NCBI GenBank assembly: GCA_030141605.1
Contig: JAQGDQ010000052.1
Span: 558,001 to 622,000, forward strand
Direction of reading: 5' to 3'
Length of the DNA: 64,000 nucleotides
From: Tubiluchus corallicola
Taxonomy: Eukaryota; Animalia; Priapulida
The position numbers were made by a program, and so were the translations under genes. A model generated the notes under the pieces. It was not told the origin of the DNA, made no database searches, and worked only from the letters and a program-made list of their open reading frames with translations. Shown in pieces: positions 57,401 through 64,000 of this stretch (positions are counted from its first letter, which is position 1; every line of letters starts with the position of its first letter).

Positions 57401-58125
57401 TGTTCTCAGTACTGTAATTCCAAGACCGAATATTGGACATTGAATGCTCATTATGTATTTGTGCAACTACAGTGAATAAACCTAGAACTCAATTTAATAT
57501 TACACTGAAGAATGTTAATGCTGAAACACCACAGCACTGCAAACAATAACTGTCATTAAATCAACAAATAGCTAAACGCATTAAGAAACTTCAAAACTGG
57601 AGTCACGGTCTTTGTAAAAGACATTGAAAAGAAGAGGTACAATTTTTAATACTACTAGATTGGGAAGCACAATTCTCAAATGAATCAGTCTAAAAAGAAG
57701 ATGCGTTTCTTTTAGCTTCTGCATTTATCAAGCGAATTTCTAAGATACATTTTTGTTACTTTGGCAACATTTGCCGCATCACCCTGGAGATCTATTGCTC
57801 CTGTAAACAAAGAAAGAAACTAAACACAGTTAGTTATGACTATTTTTATAAAACAGCATGTAGTTTCTCCTAAAACATGCAAATATTCGGCAAGTGAAAA
57901 TGATTAGTGAGGTGGCAGTAGACAGAGGTGGAGAGAAACAAATAAAGGCACGCACATAGACAGAGAGAGGAATGGAGAAAGGGAGAGCGAGAGCAAGTGA
58001 GAAATAAATGAAATGCATTACGCAACTATTAAAACTGTGTTTGTAGTTTCAAACTTACCATTTGTTTGCAAGCAATTAATGGTCAAACAAACTATCACGA
58101 AATACAGCCTGTACAAATACCACAT
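21172..58125 (-). CDS. Otoancorin/mesothelin/stereocilin-superfamily cell-surface protein, ~26 exons, ~1375 aa, signal peptide and GPI-like tail
   Basis: A hand-built phase-consistent exon chain totals 4128 nt. Family-like repeats: LGPVQNWTSADLLALGILAGGLKEEQLREIPPMAIDGLKPSALRAMPPEMF, YGSPENWASDFVSSLGCLILALPISELAKI, ITCDDIQKMG, WSSKEINMLGNFIAFLP. N-terminus MWYLYRLYFVIVCLTINCLQTNG; C-terminus ..STVNILLIIICVLYNMFSEQYF*. Exons 2, 3 and 12 are tentative. Confidence 0.82.
21548..21659. repeat. Perfect 56-bp tandem duplication
   Basis: aatcagtgtcatcagatcatagtgaaatgcttaatttctagttacctagctatgaa x2. Confidence 0.9.
21872..21972 (-). CDS. Otoancorin-like exon
   Basis: GLKEEQLREIPPMAIDGLKPSALRAMPPEMFEK; phase 1 to 0. 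Confidence 0.88.
22534..22679 (-). CDS. Otoancorin-like exon
   Basis: DASSSLAELEVVDYSVLTKFAEKATHPDVLGPVQNWTSADLLALGILA; phase 2 to 1. Confidence 0.88.
23467..23591. mobile_element. Small Tc1/mariner-type MITE remnant
   Basis: ta-cagccaagcctc ... gaggtttgactt-ta, imperfect TIRs. Confidence 0.4.
24231..24376 (-). CDS. Otoancorin-like exon
   Basis: QSILATRYIESLAVHNTSSLMKDHLITMQHLISGLSETQVSDIRNEVF; phase 0 to 2. Confidence 0.85.
24960..26230 (+). mobile_element. Degenerate R2/NeSL/Hero-type non-LTR reverse transcriptase fragment
   Basis: PEFWGASRISLIYKKGD..NYRMIAL, QKSFINGFNGCPEH and HIAWFDLEDAFGSVHHNLI, with many frameshifts. Confidence 0.85.
27836..28024 (-). CDS. Otoancorin-like exon
   Basis: HLATVQ..ETILEANKLLQGMTEDDAKAMPVEDNEAIAVYGSLPYLDKNL; phase 0 to 0. 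Confidence 0.85.
28358..28545 (-). CDS. Otoancorin-like exon
   Basis: EAAVMITCDDIQKMGPLAVWYSVDQLNTL..LDDCLELLGSLDWPADKTKALWILVKD; phase 1 to 0. Confidence 0.87.
30601..31001 (-). CDS. Otoancorin-like exon with linker and RKKR site
   Basis: SPENWASDFVSSLGCLILALPISELAKINIS...ETTTTKTQSDKGRKKRE; phase 2 to 1. Confidence 0.87.
31226..31413 (-). CDS. Otoancorin-like exon
   Basis: GYEDLRMRQHVLNLKELISSLPVIAISN..LDILGSLCFNGKARVVLADSLVNVY(G); phase 0 to 2. Confidence 0.85.
32100..33130. repeat. Non-coding transposon with internal tandem units
   Basis: Recurrent cgcctcatcg.gacctttcatttgat units. A ~63-bp tandem duplication catatc..atgatggacaagg.tgcaacc..cctagca...taccaaatattgtggccc at ~32794-32917. 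Confidence 0.65.
33368..34385. repeat. Helitron/Helentron-like element with three diverged 300-400 bp internal units
   Basis: Starts aaactagac. Units cattttaa.acttt..(gtcac.)tgacc.ggcc...cccacttt at ~33528, ~33932 and ~34236. The superfamily call is inferred. Confidence 0.5.
34934..37269 (+). mobile_element. BEL/Pao LTR retrotransposon pol remnant (RT to integrase), degenerate
   Basis: YLPHFPVFNPN, GPDLTNSLTGVLFRF, ADIETMFHHVHVRPEDRDVLRFLYW, GLDCFG, RRGEPRTIRSDCGTNYIGA, LTPNHLLL, NRLCLIEG. Bounded by a 26-bp direct repeat. Confidence 0.9.
37570..37708 (-). CDS. Otoancorin-like exon
   Basis: MDTLKMMSKDACLYAISSIGNLDIHVYHVTSKAKRQKLGMLYIQHV; phase 2 to 0. Confidence 0.85.
38815..38936 (-). CDS. 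Otoancorin-like exon
   Basis: LKCILTMINLLRLEIENEHYPEKLTITDLLVMGGELISQL(P); phase 0 to 2. Confidence 0.83.
39267..39437 (-). CDS. Otoancorin-like exon
   Basis: SVSVLSKLEDYSLETLTKYKSLLPGLNCDILSKLHIDDIYGLLRIAKNDFVKLTSNT; phase 0 to 0. Confidence 0.83.
40518..41590 (-). mobile_element. 5'-truncated CR1/L2-type LINE
   Basis: YLTGRSQQVKL..GVPQGTILGPLLFCLYVND (RT domain). The 3' end is aataaa followed by a (tatc)n microsatellite tail at 40518-40543. Confidence 0.85.
41690..41881 (-). CDS. Otoancorin-like exon
   Basis: LIEAINKNTGEKLLASAAKEMIIFTARDLIKLVDLRWFKELSLADVEQIQQTVTPEELQLSVAQ; phase 0 to 0. Confidence 0.82.
42243..42449 (-). CDS. Otoancorin-like exon
   Basis: KRYIAISFIEHHESWQNLNDMHPAFITSLSYTNLSQIEPA..ASVIFNK; phase 0 to 0. 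Confidence 0.82.
42674..42936 (-). CDS. Otoancorin-like exon
   Basis: FALLSLFKVTQYDY..KDPKIWSSTDVAAIPRIFGIL..ALAPLTQAQ; phase 1 to 0. Confidence 0.78.
44975..45095 (-). CDS. Otoancorin-like exon (tentative)
   Basis: ttgcag|ASVRYINRLKESRNGALCIEASNTCAHTLKTVKVTFTRSQ(K)|gtatac. It supplies the phase 0 to 1 bridge the model needs. Confidence 0.5.
45132..48957 (-). mobile_element. Ty3/Gypsy LTR retrotransposon, both LTRs present, degenerate and lacking the integrase core
   Basis: LTRs of ~142 bp at 45132-45274 and 48816-48957. TSD GTCGC at 45127-45131 and 48958-48962. PBS TGGCGACGAG (48810-48801); PPT at 45275-45288. Gag VGVLLILVGAEA, protease IIDTGESVS, RT PYGIKTAPAIFQ..YQDD, RNase H TDHKTL..CDTLSRLP. 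Confidence 0.95.
49190..49331 (-). CDS. Otoancorin-like exon
   Basis: FSNLAPYMNGITTKKIADIANIEDPDAVRNLRKIIVVAVNNSRNNLI; phase 2 to 0. Confidence 0.8.
49986..50113 (-). CDS. Otoancorin-like exon
   Basis: LNKSIILTFSEQPLTVDQGRALSKKAIRILTSAEDDFLDFEL(I); phase 0 to 2. Confidence 0.8.
51750..52430 (+). mobile_element. Degenerate non-LTR retrotransposon 3' fragment
   Basis: SYWYLGSPITDDG..FVSFINYN..PFTLKKIVAKACV resembles an RT thumb. Ends in aataaa plus a (cta)n tail at ~52408-52430. Confidence 0.6.
52496..52661 (-). CDS. Otoancorin-like exon with a GC donor
   Basis: LNSFTAVDPIRLKSV..YPFLIKDLTAFDIYQLDDDK|gcaagg; phase 2 to 0. Confidence 0.72.
52924..53016. repeat. 31-bp perfect minisatellite x3
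   Basis: ctatagttgtcaactataataaaacctgaaa x3; each unit contains the palindrome TATAGTTG-T-CAACTATA. Confidence 0.92.
53292..53389 (-). CDS. Otoancorin-like exon
   Basis: SALITQHYLTFGLRCLSVLTPLTDYTHCRYKS(G); phase 0 to 2. Confidence 0.65.
53588..53735 (-). CDS. Otoancorin-like exon
   Basis: KSSLYNEANAFQENTTLSKTSLNETVLSISNVKAFICIPEAKLIVLGYM; phase 2 to 0. Confidence 0.68.
53896..54077 (-). CDS. Otoancorin-like exon
   Basis: AADKANPFIGVAIVEEAGKHERWGEYFKWSSKEINMLGNFIAFLPAVSLQSI; phase 0 to 2. Confidence 0.85.
54163..54297 (-). CDS. Otoancorin-like exon
   Basis: ESHIEKVSVKDIKQLSNRLKNPIKIKFLLDNLSLETFNAVVEEIN; phase 0 to 0. Confidence 0.8.
55197..55309 (-). CDS. Otoancorin-like exon
   Basis: FCKRLREDEVRAVLMEYEALSSVTLDQIPTSLYKMIS; phase 1 to 0. 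Confidence 0.7.
55689..55950. repeat. Dispersed repeat, copy 2 (see 6499-6735)
   Basis: Colinear similarity with 6499-6735. Confidence 0.75.
55977..56043 (-). CDS. Otoancorin-like exon 3 (tentative)
   Basis: tttag|RELLSGMPLSMLTFSGGGAIDQ|gtgttt; phase 0 to 1 fits, but the donor is weak. Confidence 0.35.
57760..57800 (-). CDS. Otoancorin-like exon 2 (3' boundary tentative)
   Basis: Strong acceptor tttctttctttgtttacag|(G)AIDLQGDAANVAK|gtaaca. Confidence 0.5.
58059..58125 (-). CDS. Otoancorin-like first coding exon (signal peptide)
   Basis: MWYLYRLYFVIVCLTINCLQTN(G)|gtaagt. Confidence 0.72.
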
Positions 58126-59209
58126 GCTTGTTTCACCAATAATACTGCAGAGGAAACGACACCTGTACGGGTCCTCTCACACCCGCCTTTTCATGCATGA
58201 CGAGCACACTTGCCGTTTAGAAGCCAATCGAGAGTTTAAAGATTTACTGTATTACTGGTAATGAAACTAAATTGGAATGCGCAGTACATGATTACGTTTA
58301 ATCTTTCATAGTACATTCCTTTTGGCAATGAGACATTCGGGCACCAATAAAATTTAATGGTGTACTTAATTCTTTTATTTTTGTTTATGAAATATTTATG
58401 ACTTACTATAATTTCCTCCTAATTGTCACTGTGTGACGATGTCACAACATTATTTAAGAATCGTCGCTTCACTATCCAAAAAATATGCAGTAATGTATGG
58501 TATGCAATTAAAACCAGCTGACTTTCACTTTCTGGATTTTATATCTGTCTTTTAATACGAACGAAGCAGAAGAAGATAACACAACTTTGCATTAGCGTTG
58601 ACACAAGTTTATTTCAAAAATATCTAGTGCATCACAAAAACAGTAAATAACAATGTGCTAGCCTCAGTACAACTAGTGCAACAATTTAACTGGAGTACTA
58701 TTTTACAATATATTCATTGAACGATTAGTGTGCTTCAGAAGAAACCAACCTTGATACCTTAATTTTTGTTTAGTTCATTAGTTGTTTAAAAATAGCTGTC
58801 AACTGGAAAACGACTAGCTGGATAAATTAGTAAATTATTTGAATGAAGTGTGCTTATCAACGTCAATATCAACAATAATTGTTTAAGCACTTTTGCTGTA
58901 CATGTATTTTTTTGCCAAATACATAATGAAATTTTGCGTTCAGCAGCGGTGTTTCTAGAATGTACATGCGTTAAGTGATAAAATATTGTTCGAATTTTTA
59001 CACGTACGACCGTATTCACGAAGATAACTATTTCTTTTTTTAACAAAAACGTTAACTATTTTGCAAACTACATGGTAATCAAGCAGGGACGAAGATTCCC
59101 ACAAGTTTTCAGCCTAATCAGGCAACGTGATTTGCAGCACAAAATAGAAAAAGATGTATTCTTGCGTGACCGAGTTATGTTGCATCTAACTTGTGTGCCG
59201 ACTTTGAGG

Positions 59210-60070
59210 CAGGGGCGTCGTGCACCAAAAAAAATGGGGGGGGGGGCGACTGTATATAATGGCGGAACTTAACTGTTTAAAAAACGTATAATTTTGAATT
59301 CCCACACCGTATTTTGCGTGCAAGAAAAACGATTTATTTATTCCCAACTGGCATTTAACTTAAAGCTATAGCAACGGAAACTTAATTAAAATTAAAAATT
59401 AAATTAAAATTTAATTAAGTATTTATTAGCTGTCAGGAATCCAAAGATTAGGCGAAAAGACCTAGTAGGAAAAAACTGATGAAATGTGCTCAAAATGACG
59501 CCCTTTTATGCAGCAAACTTGTGGGAAAGAGTCGCTAAGGAGTAGCAAAGAGTCGGTAATGTCCAATCAGGAGGTGGCTCATCAATCTCCCAAACCGACT
59601 CTCTGGTACTAGGCTAGCTAAACATGACTTCCATGTTTGCATTGTTTTTGCTCTATTATTTCCACTTGTTCACTATTATAACACACTGCTGAACGAAGCT
59701 CGAGTGCTAACTGAGCCGTTTTGTTAACTAACAGTCTTTTGTGCAAAGAGGCTAATGCTACTCAACGAGCTGCTTTGTTAACTGTTCTTGCCTGCCTCCT
59801 GAATAGATTACATGCAAACAAATTAACTACATCCTGACTTTCAGGCAAACACATCTGGTCTGGCACGTATTAGAATAATTTAACTCGGCGACAAACTTTA
59901 ACGATAAAAAATATTATTGGGCTACTGTACCGAAACGCTCATACTGCTCGCATTTATGGAGCGCTGGCCCGCTATTGTGTGTCAAAAAGTCGGAAATAAG
60001 TTTGCTTACCGTTTGCCATTTTGACAGTTTCTAAAAAATTGGGGGGGGGGCCTATAGCACGACGCCACTG
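59210..60070. mobile_element. hAT-type MITE
   Basis: TIRs CAGGGGCGTCGTGC / GCACGACGCCACTG with subterminal poly-G runs. 8-bp TSD ctttgagg (59202-59209) / ctctgagg (60071-60078). Confidence 0.85.
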
Positions 60071-61641
60071 CTCTGAGGTCCATGATGCCCAAATGTCTCG
60101 CGCCTATGTGTTTTGCACCCAAACGTTCTGTTCCCAAAATTTTCAAATTCTTTTACCACCTCGCGGTTTTTCTTGCAGCTTGTTTCTTTTTTTCTCCATT
60201 TGGTTGTGTTAAAAGAAGTTACATGTAAACATGTTTACATATTTAGTATACATACATGTATAGATGTATACATGTTTAGATACATACTTGTAACTACGTT
60301 TGTTTAACATTGTAAAGAATTGTTAGTTTAGATTATTATATATTTTCTCTCATTGCGAAACATTGTAAATTTGTTTCGAATTAAAGTAGGAGTGCAGTAA
60401 TAAGTTTAAGCGCAAATATATTACAGTTGCTAATTTTTCGAATATTTTATAATCTTCCAAATTGACGTTACTACATCCACGTAAATCAGGGGAAGAAAAG
60501 GTAATGTTAAATTATGACCAAAAAGAATTTCCGTACAGATCCACATTACTTAGCATTTCACTTGCCTGCTGGAAAGACTTACGTAACTAGACTAATAATT
60601 TAAAATGTTTGTGCCAATTGGTAAAATGTCGCCGACGCACCCCCAGGGTCCGCCACTCACTAGCCAAAAACGTATTTTTAATCTTATTGACAAGATACAG
60701 TAATTTAAAATTTTACTTAATTAGCAACGTGCATGCTACGAATGCTCTAATTATTTTTCAAGCTTTACATAATGTTATCAAAACTTGTTTCAAACAACCT
60801 ACCATTAATATGGTTGCACCTAACGGTCATCGCAGGAGTTTAAATTTACACATTTTACACAGTGTTACGGCCGTTGCAAGCCGTGTACACGAAAAGGGTA
60901 GAACCGTAAGTGGTATAAAATTTCGAAACGAATTTTTTAAGCTTTATGTAATTGTAAGTGGAGGTTTCTTGTGCTTTAAGCTAACTGTTGCGAAGTAAAT
61001 GTTCTGAGAATGGTTGTTGACCATCAACTGGCAAGTCAGCAGAAGACAATACTAAGAATAGAACTGTTGGTAGATGTAAAGACTCTAATTATAGCTCAGG
61101 AAAAGCGAATATAAGCAGTGTCAGAGCTCTGTAGGAGGGAGTTGAACTTGTGACTTGGTACTTGCTGGACTTACTCGTGAGTCAGACACCCGTTAGAGTT
61201 AGATCGTGACTTGTGACTAGATATTGACAGTTGTGCTTTGGCAATATATATTTGCTCTCGCTTTAGTTGTTCACTCTTTTACATTGTGGATGTTTTTGTA
61301 CTTCAACAAACTATGCTATCACTTATCTACGAGTTCGACATTTCTATACTTCGAGAAAAAGACTACAATAAACTACACAATAACCACACAACAAGTCGAT
61401 CAATATTATTATTGTGTGTAATAATAATAATTATGTGAGGGGTACTGTCAAATATTTATAGTACAGAACAGCCGAAACTTTAGTTAAACAATCTATACTT
61501 CATTGTTAATGCTGTTAATAAATAAATTCTCATCGGGTGGCGCAGAAAAAAATCTGTCTGCCGAAGTTTAGACTACAATCGAGGGTAGAAAGTTAAAATG
61601 CCACAGCATAATATTACAATGCATTGACTTTTGGCTGCGGA

Positions 61642-61897
61642 TGTTACAAGTTTATAGCTTTCGTAACAATGATGAACAACAACCCAAAAGTAAATGTAGT
61701 CATTATGGTTTTAGACAAACCTTTTAATGTAAATGTAACAACATGGGTAAGATGAGTATGAAATGTATGTACAAGCAGACTAGAATTCACTAATGAAGTG
61801 CGCTCTTCGGCGCCAAAAACCGCATTGAGGTTTTGGCTCAAGGTTCGGTTCGAGGATGGTTACCAGGATGTGATAAATGAAATGGCGTCTGGTTACA
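61642..61897 (-). mobile_element. Putative LTR with an upstream purine-rich tract
   Basis: The minus strand reads agaggggcgagacacgaaa|TGTAAC...TGTAACA, giving TG..CA termini. Confidence 0.45.
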
Positions 61898-64000
61898 TTT
61901 CGTGTCTCGCCCCCTCTAGTCTCGGACCCACACGTGAAACAGCATCGTATCCAGCAGACAAAACAAATGGATCCTGGTACATTCCAACCGTAACATGATG
62001 TTGCATTGATACTATGTCAAAAGATTAAGGACAATTGACTTGCAAGGTAGTTGAAATTTAAATTAATGAAATTGAAATAAATAATAATAATTGGCATGTG
62101 AGTAAACGTACAAAAGACAATACAAAAATAATAACTGCTTAGGTAATTTTAGTGGTTGGCACATGTTCATCAATATAAGTAATCAATATAGAATGTTGAC
62201 ATGAATGGTTCATATGTCGAAAAAATTCGCTAGATAGTTTATATAGTTAGGTTCTCTCCTTCCTTGCCCATGGTGAGGAAGTGCAAAAGGTTTACACAAT
62301 AAACACACTGAAAATGAGAGGCATGATACTAAAAAAGTTGTATGAAGCGATAATTTGACACATTGTAACAGTATGACATTAGTATTCATACTAATCTGAT
62401 GTAGTAAACAGCTTCTAGAACATTCAATATAGCAACACATAATATAGATGAGATGAGTACTGTATGAAACATAATTCATACGTTTCATTATCTAGATAGC
62501 ACATTGGTCCTGCATGGAGGAACAATGCGGTCCAGATCTCTAGGCCTAAATGCAATCAAAGACAATAAACAATTTGCATTTCAATTGACCGAAATACTTC
62601 AGATACTAGCAAGGAGGTCCTAGGTAGAGGAAGCTTGGAGAGTGGTTTTAACTCCATGGGTTGCAAGTGCGTCTGACGTGTTTGTGGAGCAGGTGGTGAT
62701 GGGTTGGGATAGTGTAGAAACTTCGTGAACATCACGTCGGCCATCCGCCATGGGTTCGGAAATGCGGAGCATAAAGTTTGGTTTGCGCTTGCAGTAAATG
62801 AGTCCAGCGAATATAGTAATGATGACACCAGCAATCAAGAGGGGTAGTTTGCAGTTTAAGTGTTTTAGTTTTAGTTTAGTTTGATGTACTCTCACATTGC
62901 ACAAATCAAGAATATCACTGAAAGCAAGGTTCCAACAGAAAGATGCATCCTCTATCTGCACACTGATGTAAAGAAAATGACGATCTACGTCACATTTTTG
63001 AAAAAAAATAATACAACCGACGAAAGTTGAGCGTTTTACTGTAATATTTACATTTTCGCTCTGCGTGAAGTAATTGCTTTTATGTACTGCTGTGCGACAC
63101 TAGATAGAATCAAGTAAGTTACCGTAAAACAAATAATATTTTGAAATTCACTGCAAAATTAAAAACGCATTGTACGACAAGGCGTTTGACGCCATCATTT
63201 TGTAGCTTCTGCGTTTACTGCCAACTGGTGAACTCTAGGGGCGGTTTTGAGTGATTGAACGAGTTACGAAGCTCAGCGGCCTTCCCACCTCTCTCCCGAA
63301 AGTGACCGTCTACTGTTACAGACAGGGTGCAGTTGGGCTGGAAAAAATTCGTCTAGAAATGAAATATTGAGAAACGGCGGGAAGTTGAGGGTTCCGCCAT
63401 TTTTATTTTAAATATTTTATTTCAGAAAATATAACTGGAAGAGATGATAAAACACAGTGATTAGATTAACAGTTGTTGAGAAATAAACTGTATTAATTTT
63501 TAGCATTCACAGTCATTATGTAAATACTCCTACGGACTAAAATTTACGTGGAGCACTGGTAGGAAATATCAAGGGCATAACACTTCCAAGCTTAAAGCTT
63601 TGATGAAAGCGTCTGTTTGTTTAAGCTTGTCTACTTGTGTGATCAAGCAGTGTTTTTTTTATAAAAAGCTTTACAACCTCGCCCAAGTAATAAATTTTAA
63701 AAATTTTGTTTCGATTTTTCTATCACTAGAGATAGGTTAAGCGGTTTTAGGCATAAGTAGTGTGGTATGTCTCTTTTCAGGTGATTTAACTGCCCATTAA
63801 TTGGGCAGTTAAGTCCCCAGCGCCGCGAAATGCAGTGGTCCCGGGTGGAGGTATTTCCTGTGTTTTTTGACTAATTGAGGGTAATTTGGGGATTATACTG
63901 GAGCTTTGAATCTCCTCGTGGTGGTGGCACGAATTAGGTACATGCCCGGGGGGGCCTAAGGACCCCGAATTGGGTAGCGAACACCCCCGCACAGCTGGAA

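Noticed and set aside
57505-57555. Minimal hammerhead ribozyme motif (CTGAAGA...GAAAC)
   Set aside because: Stems II and III cannot be paired convincingly.
60609-60998. 129-aa plus-strand ORF
   Set aside because: Non-ATG start, no recognisable domain and no splice support.

Overview
This is AT-rich, intron-rich eukaryotic DNA, most likely from an invertebrate animal, so most entries in the ORF track are spurious or fragments of exons. I reconstructed three spliced genes by hand, checking reading phase across every intron. (1) The last five coding exons of histidyl-tRNA synthetase (HARS, + strand, 915-4585). (2) A complete six-exon mitochondrial enoyl-CoA delta isomerase 1 (ECI1, +, 12744-20918). 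(3) A convergent gene of about 26 exons (-, 58125-21172, about 1375 aa in my model) with a signal peptide, helical repeats of the otoancorin/mesothelin/stereocilin type, an RKKR|EVE furin-like site and a GPI-like hydrophobic tail. Introns and intergenic DNA hold many transposon remnants. These include a Gypsy element with both LTRs, PBS, PPT and a 5-bp TSD, a BEL/Pao pol remnant, R2/Hero-like and CR1/L2-like LINE fragments, two Kolobok-like elements, a hAT-type MITE, and a pogo/Tigger deletion derivative that keeps an intact HTH+PIP-box mini-ORF. I found no CRISPR array, rRNA, credible tRNA or prokaryote-type system. The best leads are the invertebrate otoancorin/mesothelin-like protein, the Tigger mini-ORF, a possible env-bearing LTR remnant and a possible HDV-like ribozyme at the right edge. 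All family assignments come from motif recognition, not database searches.
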